Origin: Candidatus Woesebacteria bacterium RBG_16_42_24 | Lineage (GTDB): Bacteria; Patescibacteriota; Microgenomatia; UBA8517 | Length of the DNA: 64,000 bases | Direction of reading: 5' to 3' | NCBI GenBank assembly: GCA_001792115.1 | Contig: MGFX01000001.1 | Coordinates: forward strand, 240,606-304,605 | Shown: in pieces, positions 1 to 9,987 of the stretch | Position numbering within the stretch: the stretch's first letter is position 1 | How the letters are laid out: each line of letters begins with the position of its first letter | Translations under genes and position numbers: made by a program | Notes under the pieces: generated by a model | Database searches by the model: none | Told to the model about the DNA's origin: nothing | Seen by the model: only the letters and a program-made list of their open reading frames with translations

Positions 1-2
1 AG

Positions 3-407
3 AAGGAAGTTTCAATAGAGGGTAAAAAGCGTAAAGTTAAAATTCCGGCCGGGGTTGATGAAGGCTCAAGGATCAATTTTGGCGACTTTTTACTCTCGAT
101 TAACGTCCGTCCGGATAAGGTTTTTGAAAGAGACGGAAGCGATATATATGTCAGTGTTGGCATCCCCTTCTCTTTGGCTACTCTAGGAGGAGAGATCAAA
201 GTACCAACAATCGATGGAGATATCAAAATAAGAGTGCGATCCGGAACTCAATCTGGAACGACGCTCAGACTTCGAGAAAAAGGTACCATAAACATTCGGG
301 GTCGCGGCCGGGGAGATCAATACGTTCGTATAAATGTGTTAGTTCCGGATAAATTAAACCGTGAACAAAAAGAAGCTATTGAAGGTCTCCAGGCCGAGGG
401 ACTTTGA
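3..407 (+). CDS. dnaJ: Chaperone DnaJ, C-terminal part (5'-truncated by window edge)
   Basis: Frame 3 is open from the window edge to the stop at 407. The translation (...GKKRKVKIPAGVDEGSRI...DIYVSVGIPFSLATLGGEIKVPTIDGD...GDQYVRINVLVPDKL) is typical of the DnaJ C-terminal substrate-binding/dimerisation region. Confidence 0.8.
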   Translation, partial: KEVSIEGKKRKVKIPAGVDEGSRINFGDFLLSINVRPDKVFERDGSDIYVSVGIPFSLATLGGEIKVPTIDGDIKIRVRSGTQSGTTLRLREKGTINIRGRGRGDQYVRINVLVPDKLNREQKEAIEGLQAEGL

Positions 408-475
408 TTCTTCGTTGACTTATTCAGGCTTAAGGAGTAAAATTCTAAATTAGAAATTAGAGCTAGAGATTAGAA

Positions 476-1594
476 ATGGTGGGATTTTTGCCCGCCATTT
501 TTTGTAAAAGACATATGCAGACACCGAGGACAGAATTTGCTCAAGCCCTAAAGGCCATAGCTACAGAGCGTGGCCTCGACCCCTCTGTTATTTTAGACAC
601 CATCAAGCAAGCTATAATTGCCGCATATCGTAGAGACGCAAAAGAGCGAGGAGAGGATACGGAGGAGCTTGATTTTGACGTCGAAATAAATCCCACAAAC
701 GGGGAAGCCAGAGTTTTTGCTTGGCCGCTTGAGAAGCCCAAACAAAAGAAGGACGTCACACCTCCAGGCTTCGGTCGAATAGCGGCGCAGACGGCAAAAC
801 AAGTAATCCATCAAAAGATTCGTGAGGCAGAAAAAGGAGCGATAATGGAAGAATTCTCGGGTCGTGCAGGAAATTTAGTTTCCGGTATGATTTTGAGATT
901 TGACGGTCCCAATGTTCGGGTCGATATGGGAAGAACCGAGGCGACAATGCCGGCAAGCGAGAGAATTCCCAATGAACGTCTTACCCCTAATCAGAGACTT
1001 ACTTTTCTTCTTAAGGAAATTATAGAAGGTACAAGGGGGAAGGAAATTATCCTTTCTCGTGCAGACCCCGCCTTTGTTGAGAAGCTTTTCGCAAGGGAGG
1101 TCCCCGAAGTTGCTTCTGGAAGCGTTGTAATTAAACAAATTGCAAGAGAACCAGGAGTGAGAACAAAAATTGCTGTAGCCTCCGAACAATCGGGAGTAGA
1201 TCCGGTGGGTTCCTGTGTTGGCCAGAAGGGGGTTAGGGTTCAGGCAGTCACCAATGAGTTGGGAGGGGAGAGGGTGGATATAATTCCCTGGAGCCAGGAT
1301 TCAGCCGAACTTATTTCCGCTGCTCTTTCACCAGCAGAGAACGTAACTGTGGGCCTGGATGAGAAGACAAAGGTTGCCAAGGCGAAAGCCCCCGAGGACC
1401 AACTGTCACTTGCGATTGGAAAAGAAGGACAGAATGTGCGCCTCGCGGCGAAACTTACCGGGTGGAGAATCGAGGTTGAAGGAATTCCACAAGAGAAAGA
1501 ACAAGTCTCGGAAATTAGTTTAATTAAAAAGACTAGGACTAAGAAAGTAACTAAGAAAAAAGCTTCCCAGACGGCCGACGCGCCGCAGGAATGA
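476..1594 (+). CDS. nusA: Transcription termination/antitermination factor NusA (true start possibly the ATG near 518)
   Basis: The N-terminal region is NusA-like (FAQALKAIATERGLDPSVILDTIKQAIIAAYRR). There is an S1-like segment and KH repeats (GSCVGQKGVRVQAVTNELGGERVDIIPW; IGKEGQNVRLAAKLTGWRIEV). It sits in the conserved nusA-infB position. Confidence 0.9.
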   Translation: MVGFLPAIFCKRHMQTPRTEFAQALKAIATERGLDPSVILDTIKQAIIAAYRRDAKERGEDTEELDFDVEINPTNGEARVFAWPLEKPKQKKDVTPPGFGRIAAQTAKQVIHQKIREAEKGAIMEEFSGRAGNLVSGMILRFDGPNVRVDMGRTEATMPASERIPNERLTPNQRLTFLLKEIIEGTRGKEIILSRADPAFVEKLFAREVPEVASGSVVIKQIAREPGVRTKIAVASEQSGVDPVGSCVGQKGVRVQAVTNELGGERVDIIPWSQDSAELISAALSPAENVTVGLDEKTKVAKAKAPEDQLSLAIGKEGQNVRLAAKLTGWRIEVEGIPQEKEQVSEISLIKKTRTKKVTKKKASQTADAPQE

Positions 1595-1615
1595 AAATTT
1601 CATTAGAAAGACAAA

Positions 1616-3010
1616 ATGATGGAAAAAAGTGCTCGAGCTCCAATAGTTTGCGTATTAGGCCATGTAGATCATGGAAAAACTACGCTTCTTGATGCAATAA
1701 GGACGACAAATGTTGCATCAAAAGAAGCTGGGGGAATTACTCAAGGTATAGGAGCGTCAGTTGTAACCACAAAAAAGGGAAGTATAACCTTCATAGATAC
1801 TCCAGGCCACGCAGCTTTCTCCAATATGCGCTCCCGGGGAGCAAAGGTTGCAGATATTGCAATATTGGTAGTAGATGCAACAGCCGGAGTAAAACCACAG
1901 ACGAGTGAAGCAATTCAATTAATTAAATCGGCCAATATACCTTTTGTTGTGGCAATTACGAAAATAGACCTACCTTCAGCAAATATTGAGGAAGTAAAAG
2001 GACAACTTACTAAAGAGGGAATTTTATTTGAAGGCCGAGGAGGCGATACACCTGTAGTTGCCGTTTCTGCCAAAGAGTCAAAAGGACTATCCGAGCTTCT
2101 TGAGACGATAAATCTGGTTGCAGAGGTAAGTGGGGTCAAGGGAGAGAGAAACTCCCCTCTTGAGGCGGTTGTTATCGAAAGTAGCAAAGATAAAAGAGGG
2201 ACAGTTGCGTCGATAGTAGTAAGAGCTGGAAGGATTAAGGTTGGAGATCAAATTTCTGCAGAGGCAATTTCTGGCAAGGTGAGGGCTCTTTTTAACGATA
2301 AATTAGAGTCTGTCAGGGAAGTAGGTCCCGGAGAACCTGGCCAAGTTTTGGGCTTCGAAGAAGTTCCGCCGGTTGGGGCAAGTGTCAGAATTGGAGAAGT
2401 AACTCAGGATTTAAAGGTTCAACCGCAAAAACAAGCCGAGGTAGCTGAAGGAGAAATCCCAATCCTAATTAAAACTAAAGATAAGGGCAGTATTGAGGCG
2501 ATCGAGGGGGTTCTTCCTTCTCTTTATAAAGTGATTAATAAAGGAGTTGGAGATGTAAACGAATCTGATGTTTTAGCCGCCAAAGCGGCAAGTGCCAGGA
2601 TTTTTGTCTTCGGCTCGAAAGTTACTTCCTCCTCCGCAAAGCTTGCCGAAACAGAAGGTGTGGTAATTGAAAAATTCGAAATAATCTATGAACTTATTGA
2701 AAGACTTGAGGAAATACTGAAAAAGGGTGAGGTTGAGATATTCGGGAAAGCTGAGATTGTCGCAACTTTCCCCTTTAATAATAAAAAAGTTGCTGGGTGT
2801 AAAGTAGTGTCTGGGCGGATTAAGATTAAAGATCATCTAAAACTGTTTCGAGGAGATAAAGATATCGGAAAAGTAAGAGTGATTTCCATGAAGAAACAGA
2901 AAGAGGAGGTGACGGAAGTCGGGGCAGGAGAGGAATTCGGAGTAATTTTTGAACCGCAGCTTGATTTTTCAAAGGGTGACGTGTTAGTATCGGTCGCCAG
3001 TAAGAAGTAA
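1616..3010 (+). CDS. infB: Translation initiation factor IF-2, short form without the long N-terminal region
   Basis: GTP-binding motifs are present: [17 protein letters not shown] and TKID. The domain order is EF-Tu-like. It lies immediately downstream of nusA. Confidence 0.9.
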   Translation: MMEKSARAPIVCVLGHVDHGKTTLLDAIRTTNVASKEAGGITQGIGASVVTTKKGSITFIDTPGHAAFSNMRSRGAKVADIAILVVDATAGVKPQTSEAIQLIKSANIPFVVAITKIDLPSANIEEVKGQLTKEGILFEGRGGDTPVVAVSAKESKGLSELLETINLVAEVSGVKGERNSPLEAVVIESSKDKRGTVASIVVRAGRIKVGDQISAEAISGKVRALFNDKLESVREVGPGEPGQVLGFEEVPPVGASVRIGEVTQDLKVQPQKQAEVAEGEIPILIKTKDKGSIEAIEGVLPSLYKVINKGVGDVNESDVLAAKAASARIFVFGSKVTSSSAKLAETEGVVIEKFEIIYELIERLEEILKKGEVEIFGKAEIVATFPFNNKKVAGCKVVSGRIKIKDHLKLFRGDKDIGKVRVISMKKQKEEVTEVGAGEEFGVIFEPQLDFSKGDVLVSVASKK

Positions 3011-3022
3011 TACTTAAGCACG

Positions 3023-3880
3023 ATGGAAAACTCATTCGGATCACTTATTAACTCTGCCTCTTCAGTCTTAATTCTCCTTCCCGTTAGGCCCTATCTTGAC
3101 CAAGTTGCCGCAGGACTCGCCCTCTACCTAGCTATTCGGGATCAAAAAGACGCAAGTATTTCTTGCCCCACCCCTATGACAGTTGAATTTAATCGACTTG
3201 TCGGGGTAAATAAAGTAACTGCGGATCTGGGAAACAAAAATATGGTCATTAAATTTATCAACTATAACGCAAGAAATATCGAAAGAATCAGTTCCGAGGT
3301 GGAAGGCAACGAACTTTATATGGTAGTTATTCCTAATCCGGGTGCAAAGGCCCCGGCAAAAGAGAATGTCGAGATATCCTTTTCGGGCGTATCGGCCGAA
3401 ACAATCATATTAGTGGGAGGAGTAAATGAGTCTCATTATCCACAATTAGCATCCAAAGATCTTATGGGGACAAAAGTAGTTCATATAGGCACAAGGTCCT
3501 TAGCTCTTTCCCCCAATAGAAACATTCTCTCTTTTGCCAGACCGGCTTCCTCGGTTTCCGAATTAGCGGCAGCACTAATTGAGGAATTGGGCATAACCAT
3601 AGATACCGATATTGCTACAAATCTTTTGATGGGGGTTGAAGAAGGCAGCCGTCAGTTTAAGGGGCCAGATGTGACTGCCGAAACTTTTGAATTAGTTGCT
3701 AGACTTCTTAAGAAAGGTGGACAGAGGTTGCAAGTACAGGTTGACAAGGCTCAATTTCCGTCCCCACGTCAAGCCCCCCCGACCGCTCCGCTTCCAGAAA
3801 GAGTGGAGGAAGAATCTCCCAAAGAGCCGCCAAAGGATTGGTTAGAGCCGAAAATCTACAAAGGGACTTCAATTAGTTAA
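3023..3880 (+). CDS. DHH-family (NrnA/RecJ-like) protein with degenerate catalytic motifs
   Basis: It aligns by eye to NrnA. 'ASSVSELAAALIEEL...GVEEGSRQF' corresponds to NrnA 'ASSVSEMIYEL...GDTGRF'. 'LLPVRPYLDQVAAG' corresponds to the 'HRHVRPDPDAYGS' motif. The DHH motif is replaced by ESH and several catalytic Asp residues are lost. It occupies the usual position of the rbfA/nrnA/truB block between infB and rpsO. Confidence 0.45.
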   Translation: MENSFGSLINSASSVLILLPVRPYLDQVAAGLALYLAIRDQKDASISCPTPMTVEFNRLVGVNKVTADLGNKNMVIKFINYNARNIERISSEVEGNELYMVVIPNPGAKAPAKENVEISFSGVSAETIILVGGVNESHYPQLASKDLMGTKVVHIGTRSLALSPNRNILSFARPASSVSELAAALIEELGITIDTDIATNLLMGVEEGSRQFKGPDVTAETFELVARLLKKGGQRLQVQVDKAQFPSPRQAPPTAPLPERVEEESPKEPPKDWLEPKIYKGTSIS

Positions 3881-4035
3881 AAGTTCAACCCATTCGGCAA
3901 GCACAGGGTTGATGCTGAGCTTGGTTATTCTTTTTGAGTTTTTAATTTGTTTATGTTATTATTCCTACGATGTCTACAAGGTTTTTCCTTCGACTCCTTT
4001 GAGTCGCTCAGGATTTACTTTGTTCAACATGTCTT

Positions 4036-4305
4036 ATGGCACTACCAACTGAAGAAAAACAGGAGATTATTAAAAAGTTTGCTCGCGAGAAAGGCGACAC
4101 AGGGAGCCCCGAAGTACAAATCGCACTTCTTTCAGCGCAAATCGATAAACTTATTTTGCATTTGAAGGAACACGCAAAAGATGTACACTCGAGAAAGGGA
4201 CTTCTTAGTATGGTTGCTAAAAGAAGAAGGCTTTTGACCTATCTTCAAAAGCGCGATGAGGCGCGGTACAAAATCCTCATAGGAGAACTAAAACTCAAGA
4301 AATAA
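4036..4305 (+). CDS. rpsO: 30S ribosomal protein S15
   Basis: 89 aa. The sequence is S15-like (TGSPEVQIALLSAQIDKLILHLKEHAKDVHSRKGLL...) and the gene is followed by pnp. Confidence 0.95.
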   Translation: MALPTEEKQEIIKKFAREKGDTGSPEVQIALLSAQIDKLILHLKEHAKDVHSRKGLLSMVAKRRRLLTYLQKRDEARYKILIGELKLKK

Positions 4306-4334
4306 CCTACTAGGATATTTCACCAAACATTTTA

Positions 4335-6581
4335 ATGAAGAAAGCTGAAAAAAGTATAGAACTGGGTGGTAGAAAACTCACCCTCAAAACGGGCGTTCTG
4401 GCTGAACAAGCAACAGGCAGCGTCCTTGCTTCATATGGAGAAACAGTTGTATTGGCAACGGTTGTTGCCGCTCCCTTAAAAGTTGATCTGGGTTATTTTC
4501 CTCTCATGGTCGAATATCAGGAAAGGCTTTATGCGGGAGGCCGTATCAAAGGAAGTAGATGGGTAAAAAGAGAGGGCAGACCCACGGATGAGGAAATTTT
4601 GTCTGCAAGGTTAATTGATCGCTCAATTAGGCCCCTTTTTCCGGAAACGTACAAAAAAGAAGTTCAGGTTGTTTTGACTGTTCTTTCGGTTGATAGGGAA
4701 AACGACCCTTCGATTCTTTCAGCAATTGCAACATCTGCGGCTTTGGCCGTCTCAAATATTCCCTGGAAAGACCCGATTGGAATAGTAAGAGTTGGGATGA
4801 AAGAGGGTGTTTATTTTGTCAACCCGGTTGACACTGAAATGGCAGTTTCGGAGATGGATTTGGTTGTTTCGGCAACAAAAGACGCGGTGCTTATGATTGA
4901 GGCCGGAGCCAAGGAGGTAAGCGAAGAGTCTATTTTGGGGGCGGTTGAGTTTGCCCAAGGGGAAATTGGCAAAATTGTTAAGGTAATTAACGACTTGGCT
5001 AAAGAGGTGGGGAGTGAAAAAGAGGTAGTAAAAGAAGAGAAAATTGATGTGAAACTAGTCTCAGCCGTCAAAAAACTGGTCCAAGATAAACTTCCAAAGA
5101 TAGTTGAAGGAATGGTTTTAAGGGAAGGCGGAAGGACCGAAGAATATCAGGAACTTCTGGGTGCAGTTTTAGACAAAGTTTCAGAAGAAGAGCGAATTTA
5201 TGTGCCTGCTATTTTGGATAAACTTAAAAAGGAATATGTTCGATCATTAGTCCTCTCCGGAAAAAGATTGGATGGAAGAAAGCATACGGAAATAAGAAAG
5301 CTTTCTTCCCAGGTGGGAGTTCTTCCGAGAACCCACGGAAGTGCGATTTTTCAAAGAGGCCAAACCCAGGTTCTTACAGTGGCCACCCTTGGCGCCCCGT
5401 CTTTGGAGCAGCTTCTCGAGTCGGCCGAAGGAGAAGCGTCGAAAAGGTATATGCACCACTACTCCATGCCCCCTTACTCATTGGGAGAAACAGGAAGAAT
5501 GGGATTTCCTTCAAGGCGCGATATAGGACATGGAGCATTGGCCGAGAGGGCGCTTCTGCCTGTAATTCCTTCTGAAGAAGCTTTCCCTTATACAATTAGG
5601 GTAGTTTCCGAGGTTATGAGCTCAAATGGTTCTACTTCCATGGCATCGGTCTGTGGTTCAACACTTGCCCTTATGGATGCAGGAGTTCCTATTGCCTTTC
5701 CCGTATCCGGGATTGCGATGGGGCTTGTAATTGAGGACCTGCCTGCCGGCAAGGCTGGCAAAAAAGTTGCAATTCTCTCGGACATTATTGGAATGGAGGA
5801 CTTTAATGGCGACATGGACTTTAAAGTCGCAGGTACCCAGAAAGGAATTACTGCACTTCAGATGGACGTAAAAACTCTAAACCTTACAAAGGACGTTCTA
5901 AAACAAGCCCTTGCCCAAGCCAAGGAAGGAAGGGCATTTATCTTAAAAAATATGCTGGAGACTTTATCCTCTCCCAGAGAGAAAGTATCCTTATATGCAC
6001 CCAAAATTAAAGTCGTTAAAATTCCCGTTGAAAAAATTGGGGAACTTATTGGCCCCGGTGGAAAAATGATTAGAAAAATTATTGCAGAGACTGGGGCACA
6101 GGTTGAGGTTGAAGACGACGGAAGCGTTAATGTTTCCGGGTCAACGGATGAAGCTTTGGCCGCCGGAGTGAGCAGGATCGAAGCTTTGACAAAAGAAGCA
6201 ATCCCCGGAGAGATTTACCAAGGTGAGGTTAAAAGGATTCAGCCATTTGGGGCATTTGTTGAAATCCTACCTGGCAAGGAGGGATTGGTACACATTTCGG
6301 ACATGAGTGAGGGTTTTGTCAAAGACCCCAATGAAGTGGTTTCATTAGGTGCAAAAGTGCAAGTTAGAGTTAAAGAGATTGACGAGCTTGGAAGAATAAA
6401 CCTTTCGATGTTAATGGATCCTTCTAAGGATAAGCCGAAGGCAGATCGGGGAAGTTTTGGTGCGAGGGGGAGACATGATTTTCAGAGAAGACCTCGGTTC
6501 AGGGAACAAAGAGAAAGAGGGGGTCCACATTTTCCAACAACCAGGTTTTTAGAACCTAATAAAAAAGACTTCAATAGGTAA
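4335..6581 (+). CDS. pnp: Polyribonucleotide nucleotidyltransferase (PNPase)
   Basis: 748 aa with two RNase PH domains, a KH domain (IGPGGKMIRKI) and an S1 domain (GEIYQGEVKRIQPFGAFVEI), followed by a basic C-terminal tail. Confidence 0.95.
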   Translation: MKKAEKSIELGGRKLTLKTGVLAEQATGSVLASYGETVVLATVVAAPLKVDLGYFPLMVEYQERLYAGGRIKGSRWVKREGRPTDEEILSARLIDRSIRPLFPETYKKEVQVVLTVLSVDRENDPSILSAIATSAALAVSNIPWKDPIGIVRVGMKEGVYFVNPVDTEMAVSEMDLVVSATKDAVLMIEAGAKEVSEESILGAVEFAQGEIGKIVKVINDLAKEVGSEKEVVKEEKIDVKLVSAVKKLVQDKLPKIVEGMVLREGGRTEEYQELLGAVLDKVSEEERIYVPAILDKLKKEYVRSLVLSGKRLDGRKHTEIRKLSSQVGVLPRTHGSAIFQRGQTQVLTVATLGAPSLEQLLESAEGEASKRYMHHYSMPPYSLGETGRMGFPSRRDIGHGALAERALLPVIPSEEAFPYTIRVVSEVMSSNGSTSMASVCGSTLALMDAGVPIAFPVSGIAMGLVIEDLPAGKAGKKVAILSDIIGMEDFNGDMDFKVAGTQKGITALQMDVKTLNLTKDVLKQALAQAKEGRAFILKNMLETLSSPREKVSLYAPKIKVVKIPVEKIGELIGPGGKMIRKIIAETGAQVEVEDDGSVNVSGSTDEALAAGVSRIEALTKEAIPGEIYQGEVKRIQPFGAFVEILPGKEGLVHISDMSEGFVKDPNEVVSLGAKVQVRVKEIDELGRINLSMLMDPSKDKPKADRGSFGARGRHDFQRRPRFREQRERGGPHFPTTRFLEPNKKDFNR

Positions 6582-6605
6582 CCCCTAAGTGCTAAAGTTT
6601 AAGGT

Positions 6606-7652
6606 ATGGATGCTGCTGCCCAAGAAATTTCTAAGCTAGCTGAAAGGGTAAGAGGTTCGACTCTTCCAAATAAACTCCTAGAAGAGATTTCAGTAAGACT
6701 CGATCAACTTTCGAAACTGACCAATTCACCGACATTTTTGCCCGAGTTTGACAGAATAAGCAAATATATAGATTGGGTAATCTCTCTTCCTTGGGAGGTA
6801 AGAACTCAGGATACCTTAGATTTAGAGGCGGGCAGGAAGATTTTAGATAAAAATCACTATGGGCTTTTGGAAGTAAAAGACAGGATCCTGGAGTATATGT
6901 CTGTAATGAAACTCAAACAGGAAAGGGGTGAGGGGGCGGATATTTTTCGAGCTCCCATTCTTTGTTTTGTGGGTTTGGTTGGAACTGGAAAAACGACCAT
7001 TGCCTACTCAATCGCCCAAGCCTTGGGAAGGCGCTTTGCAAGAATTCCTTTCGGTGGTATGGGAGATCCGTTAGATCTTAGGGGACAATCAAGGATGCAC
7101 CCCGAAGCAGAGCCCGGGAAAGTTATTAAATCTCTAAAATTTGCGCAAAGCAAAAATTGCGTGATTCTTTTAGACGAAATAGACAGGGTAACTGAAGCCG
7201 GAAGGTCCTCCATTATGGGAGTACTGGTTGAGCTTCTTGACCCCGAGCAGAATCACGAGTTTGTGGATCACTATATTGATTTTCCATTCGACCTCTCTGA
7301 GGTTCTTTTTATAGCAACCGCCAACAACACCACCAATATCTCAACAGCCGTTCTTGATAGACTAGAGCCGATTGGTATGCCTTCTTACTCGGATAATGAA
7401 AAAATAACAATTGGTTCCCAATACGTTTTCCCGAGGATAATGGCTGCTGCTGGGCTACCCGAAGGTTCAGTTACCCTAGATAATGAGGTTTGGCCTTTAG
7501 TTGTAAGACCTCTGGGATTTGATTCGGGTATAAGGACGTTGGAGAGGACAATCGAGGGAATTGTAAGAAAAATTGCTAAGCTAATAGTTGAGGGAAAAGG
7601 CCAATCATTTAGAATTAATACCCAAAATGTTAAGGAGTTTTTGCCCCAGTAA
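6606..7652 (+). CDS. Lon-like AAA+ ATPase module only (no Lon N-domain and no protease domain)
   Basis: Walker A is GLVGTGKTT and Walker B is ILLDEIDRV. The Lon-specific segments are present (HYGLLEVKDRILEYMSV; GKVIKSLKFAQSKNCV; FIATANN...VLDRLE). The ORF stops where the Lon protease domain would begin. Confidence 0.7.
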   Translation: MDAAAQEISKLAERVRGSTLPNKLLEEISVRLDQLSKLTNSPTFLPEFDRISKYIDWVISLPWEVRTQDTLDLEAGRKILDKNHYGLLEVKDRILEYMSVMKLKQERGEGADIFRAPILCFVGLVGTGKTTIAYSIAQALGRRFARIPFGGMGDPLDLRGQSRMHPEAEPGKVIKSLKFAQSKNCVILLDEIDRVTEAGRSSIMGVLVELLDPEQNHEFVDHYIDFPFDLSEVLFIATANNTTNISTAVLDRLEPIGMPSYSDNEKITIGSQYVFPRIMAAAGLPEGSVTLDNEVWPLVVRPLGFDSGIRTLERTIEGIVRKIAKLIVEGKGQSFRINTQNVKEFLPQ

Positions 7653-7679
7653 ATCGCTTTTTTACAAATTTTTTCAACT

Positions 7680-8333
7680 TTGCTACACTTAAACCTGCCT
7701 GATTTGATCAATTCGAAACACTATAATATAGACAAGCAAGAATCCTTGAGAACCTTAAAGGGTACAATGCTGAAAGACAAGAGCTTGCCCTTGAGACAGG
7801 GGGCAACCAATTTAGTTTTTGGCGTAGGCAATCCTGATACCAAAATATTATTTATTGGAGAAGGGCCTGGGTATTGGGAAGACCAAAAAGGCGAACCCTT
7901 TGTAGGAAACGCGGGAAAACTTCTAAACTCTTTACTTCAATTAATCAAACTGGAAAGAAGTAAAGTTTATATAACAAACGTGATACACCATAGACCCCCA
8001 AACAATAGAGACCCAGAGCCTTCCGAGATTGCAGCTTACGCTCTTTATTTAGATAAAATTATAGAAATAATAAAGCCCAGAGTAGTTGTAACATTAGGAA
8101 GATTTTCGATGGGGAAATTTTTACCGGGTGTAAAAATTACAGCTATTCACGGAAGGGAGTTCAGTATAAACTGGAAAGGGAAAGAAACTACCATAGTGCC
8201 CATGTTTCATCCAGCTGCGGCATTAAGAAGCACAGAGGTTTTAAGGGCAATAAAGGAAGATTTTATTAAATTACCCGAAATCTTAAATCGGGTAAAAGAA
8301 GAACCTAAGGGAGAACAAATGAAGTTTATATAA
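7680..8333 (+). CDS. Uracil-DNA glycosylase, family 4 (start probably the internal ATG near 7767)
   Basis: The family 4 UDG signature is present: GEGPGYWEDQKGEPFVGNAGKLL ... HPAAALR. Confidence 0.8.
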   Translation: MLHLNLPDLINSKHYNIDKQESLRTLKGTMLKDKSLPLRQGATNLVFGVGNPDTKILFIGEGPGYWEDQKGEPFVGNAGKLLNSLLQLIKLERSKVYITNVIHHRPPNNRDPEPSEIAAYALYLDKIIEIIKPRVVVTLGRFSMGKFLPGVKITAIHGREFSINWKGKETTIVPMFHPAAALRSTEVLRAIKEDFIKLPEILNRVKEEPKGEQMKFI

Positions 8334-8334
8334 A

Positions 8335-9987
8335 ATGGCTTTTCTTAAATTTATAGCTTTATCTGGTACGACGGGTGTAACTCAAAACCATTACGTTTAC
8401 GAATACGGCAATGACATGATTGTTGTTGATGCGGGAGTCGGTTTTCCTGAAGCCGAGATGTATGGGGTCGATTTGGTGATTCCGGATTTTAGTTATGTAA
8501 AGGAAAACAAACACAAGCTTCGAGGTATTCTAATTTCGCATGGACACGAAGACCATCTTGGGGCCCTACCCTTTCTTCTTCCCCAGGTTAACACGCAGGT
8601 TTATGCTACCCGCCTCGTTGCGGGTTTTATAGAAGACAAACTCAGAGACTACCGTCTAAAGGGTTATAAATTGAATGTTTTTGACCCTGAACGAGATACT
8701 CTAACTTTGGGCAGCTTCAAAGTTACTCCCTTTAGAGTTTCACATTCGGTTCCGGATGGGGTTGGTTTTGCAATAGATACTCCCGAAGGCAGGGTATTCC
8801 ATGTTGCCGACTACAAATTTGACTGGACGCCGGTTGACGGACGGCCTTTTGATATAGCCAAGTGTGCAAACCTTGCCACCGAGGGTACGCTAGCCGTTGT
8901 TTCTGATTGTCTGGGGGCCAATTCTCCTGGCTACACCGAGTCCGAAGCCCAAATTGAAGAGAAGATAGAAAATCTGGTTTTGAACTTTGGCAAGCAAGTC
9001 TTTTTCAGTACGATTTCTTCTAATATCTCAAGGATGCAACAAGCCTTAAACGTTGCTCAAAAGGCAGGAAGGAAGGCGGTTTTTATTGGAAGGTCTATCG
9101 AAAAAAAAGCAGAGATAGCCAGATCCCTTGGATACCTGCATTATGATGGGAGCTTGGTAATTTCGATAAAAGAAGCAAGGAAATTACCTAGCGATAAAGT
9201 TTTTTACATCATTTCCGGAAGCTATGGACAACCCGGGAGCGCTCTTTATCGACTTGCAATAGGCGAACACGACTTTCTAAAGCTTTCCCCCGACGACCTC
9301 GTGATTTTCTCATCAGACCCTGCCCCGCCCGGTTCAAAGGCAAACGTCGATTTTTTGGTGGATAAGCTGATCGAGGCAAATGCGGAAGTTCACTACTACG
9401 ATATGCAGGAGGACTTGCACGTTTCGGGACACGGGAGCCAGAATGATATTGAAATGCTTTTCGCGCTTCTTAAGCCTAAATTTTATATCCCGATTGGCGG
9501 CACAATGAGACACATGAGGGCCTATTCCCAGATGGCCCAAAAGATGGGGGCGAAGAAAGAAGACGTATTCGAACTTCTTCCTGGAGAGACAGTTGAGTTT
9601 AGCGGCAAAAGCGCAAAGAAGGGGGGACGGGTGCCAGTAAAAGACGTCTTGGTGGACGGACTCGGCATTGGAGATGTAGGGAATGTGGTTTTGAGGGATA
9701 GACAAGTTCTTGCCAAAGATGGGGTAGCGATTGCAATGCTTCAGGTTGATAGGAATGCAAGAAAGCTCGTCGGTGCTCCGGAAATAATAAGTAGAGGGTT
9801 TGTTTACGAGGCAAAGCATAAAGATATTCTTATTGAGGCAGGCAAAGAGCTCGCTAGTGAGCTCGAAAAAAAACCAAGTGTGGACACCCACATTACGAGA
9901 AACATAACCATTGAGTATCTCGAACGCTATTTCTTCAAAAGGACCGGACGACGCCCCATGGTCATCCCCGTAGTGGTTGAGCTCTAA
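8335..9987 (+). CDS. rnj: Ribonuclease J (metallo-beta-lactamase / beta-CASP)
   Basis: HGHEDHLGALP (the HxHxDH motif), the beta-CASP region and the RNase J C-terminal domain are present. 550 aa. Confidence 0.9.
   Translation: MAFLKFIALSGTTGVTQNHYVYEYGNDMIVVDAGVGFPEAEMYGVDLVIPDFSYVKENKHKLRGILISHGHEDHLGALPFLLPQVNTQVYATRLVAGFIEDKLRDYRLKGYKLNVFDPERDTLTLGSFKVTPFRVSHSVPDGVGFAIDTPEGRVFHVADYKFDWTPVDGRPFDIAKCANLATEGTLAVVSDCLGANSPGYTESEAQIEEKIENLVLNFGKQVFFSTISSNISRMQQALNVAQKAGRKAVFIGRSIEKKAEIARSLGYLHYDGSLVISIKEARKLPSDKVFYIISGSYGQPGSALYRLAIGEHDFLKLSPDDLVIFSSDPAPPGSKANVDFLVDKLIEANAEVHYYDMQEDLHVSGHGSQNDIEMLFALLKPKFYIPIGGTMRHMRAYSQMAQKMGAKKEDVFELLPGETVEFSGKSAKKGGRVPVKDVLVDGLGIGDVGNVVLRDRQVLAKDGVAIAMLQVDRNARKLVGAPEIISRGFVYEAKHKDILIEAGKELASELEKKPSVDTHITRNITIEYLERYFFKRTGRRPMVIPVVVEL

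Noticed and set aside
3947-4165. A 72-aa ORF overlaps the rpsO start in another frame.
   Set aside because: It overlaps the well-supported rpsO CDS and its translation has no features. It more likely covers the structured rpsO leader (hairpin cgactc-ctttg-gagtcg at ~3990-4005).
7653-7766. A possible tRNA or small RNA in the Lon-like-UDG spacer, and in other short spacers (3881-4035, 6582-6605, 33311-33447).
   Set aside because: No cloverleaf-compatible acceptor/T-arm pattern (GTTC...) could be traced by eye. These are better explained as promoters or leader hairpins.
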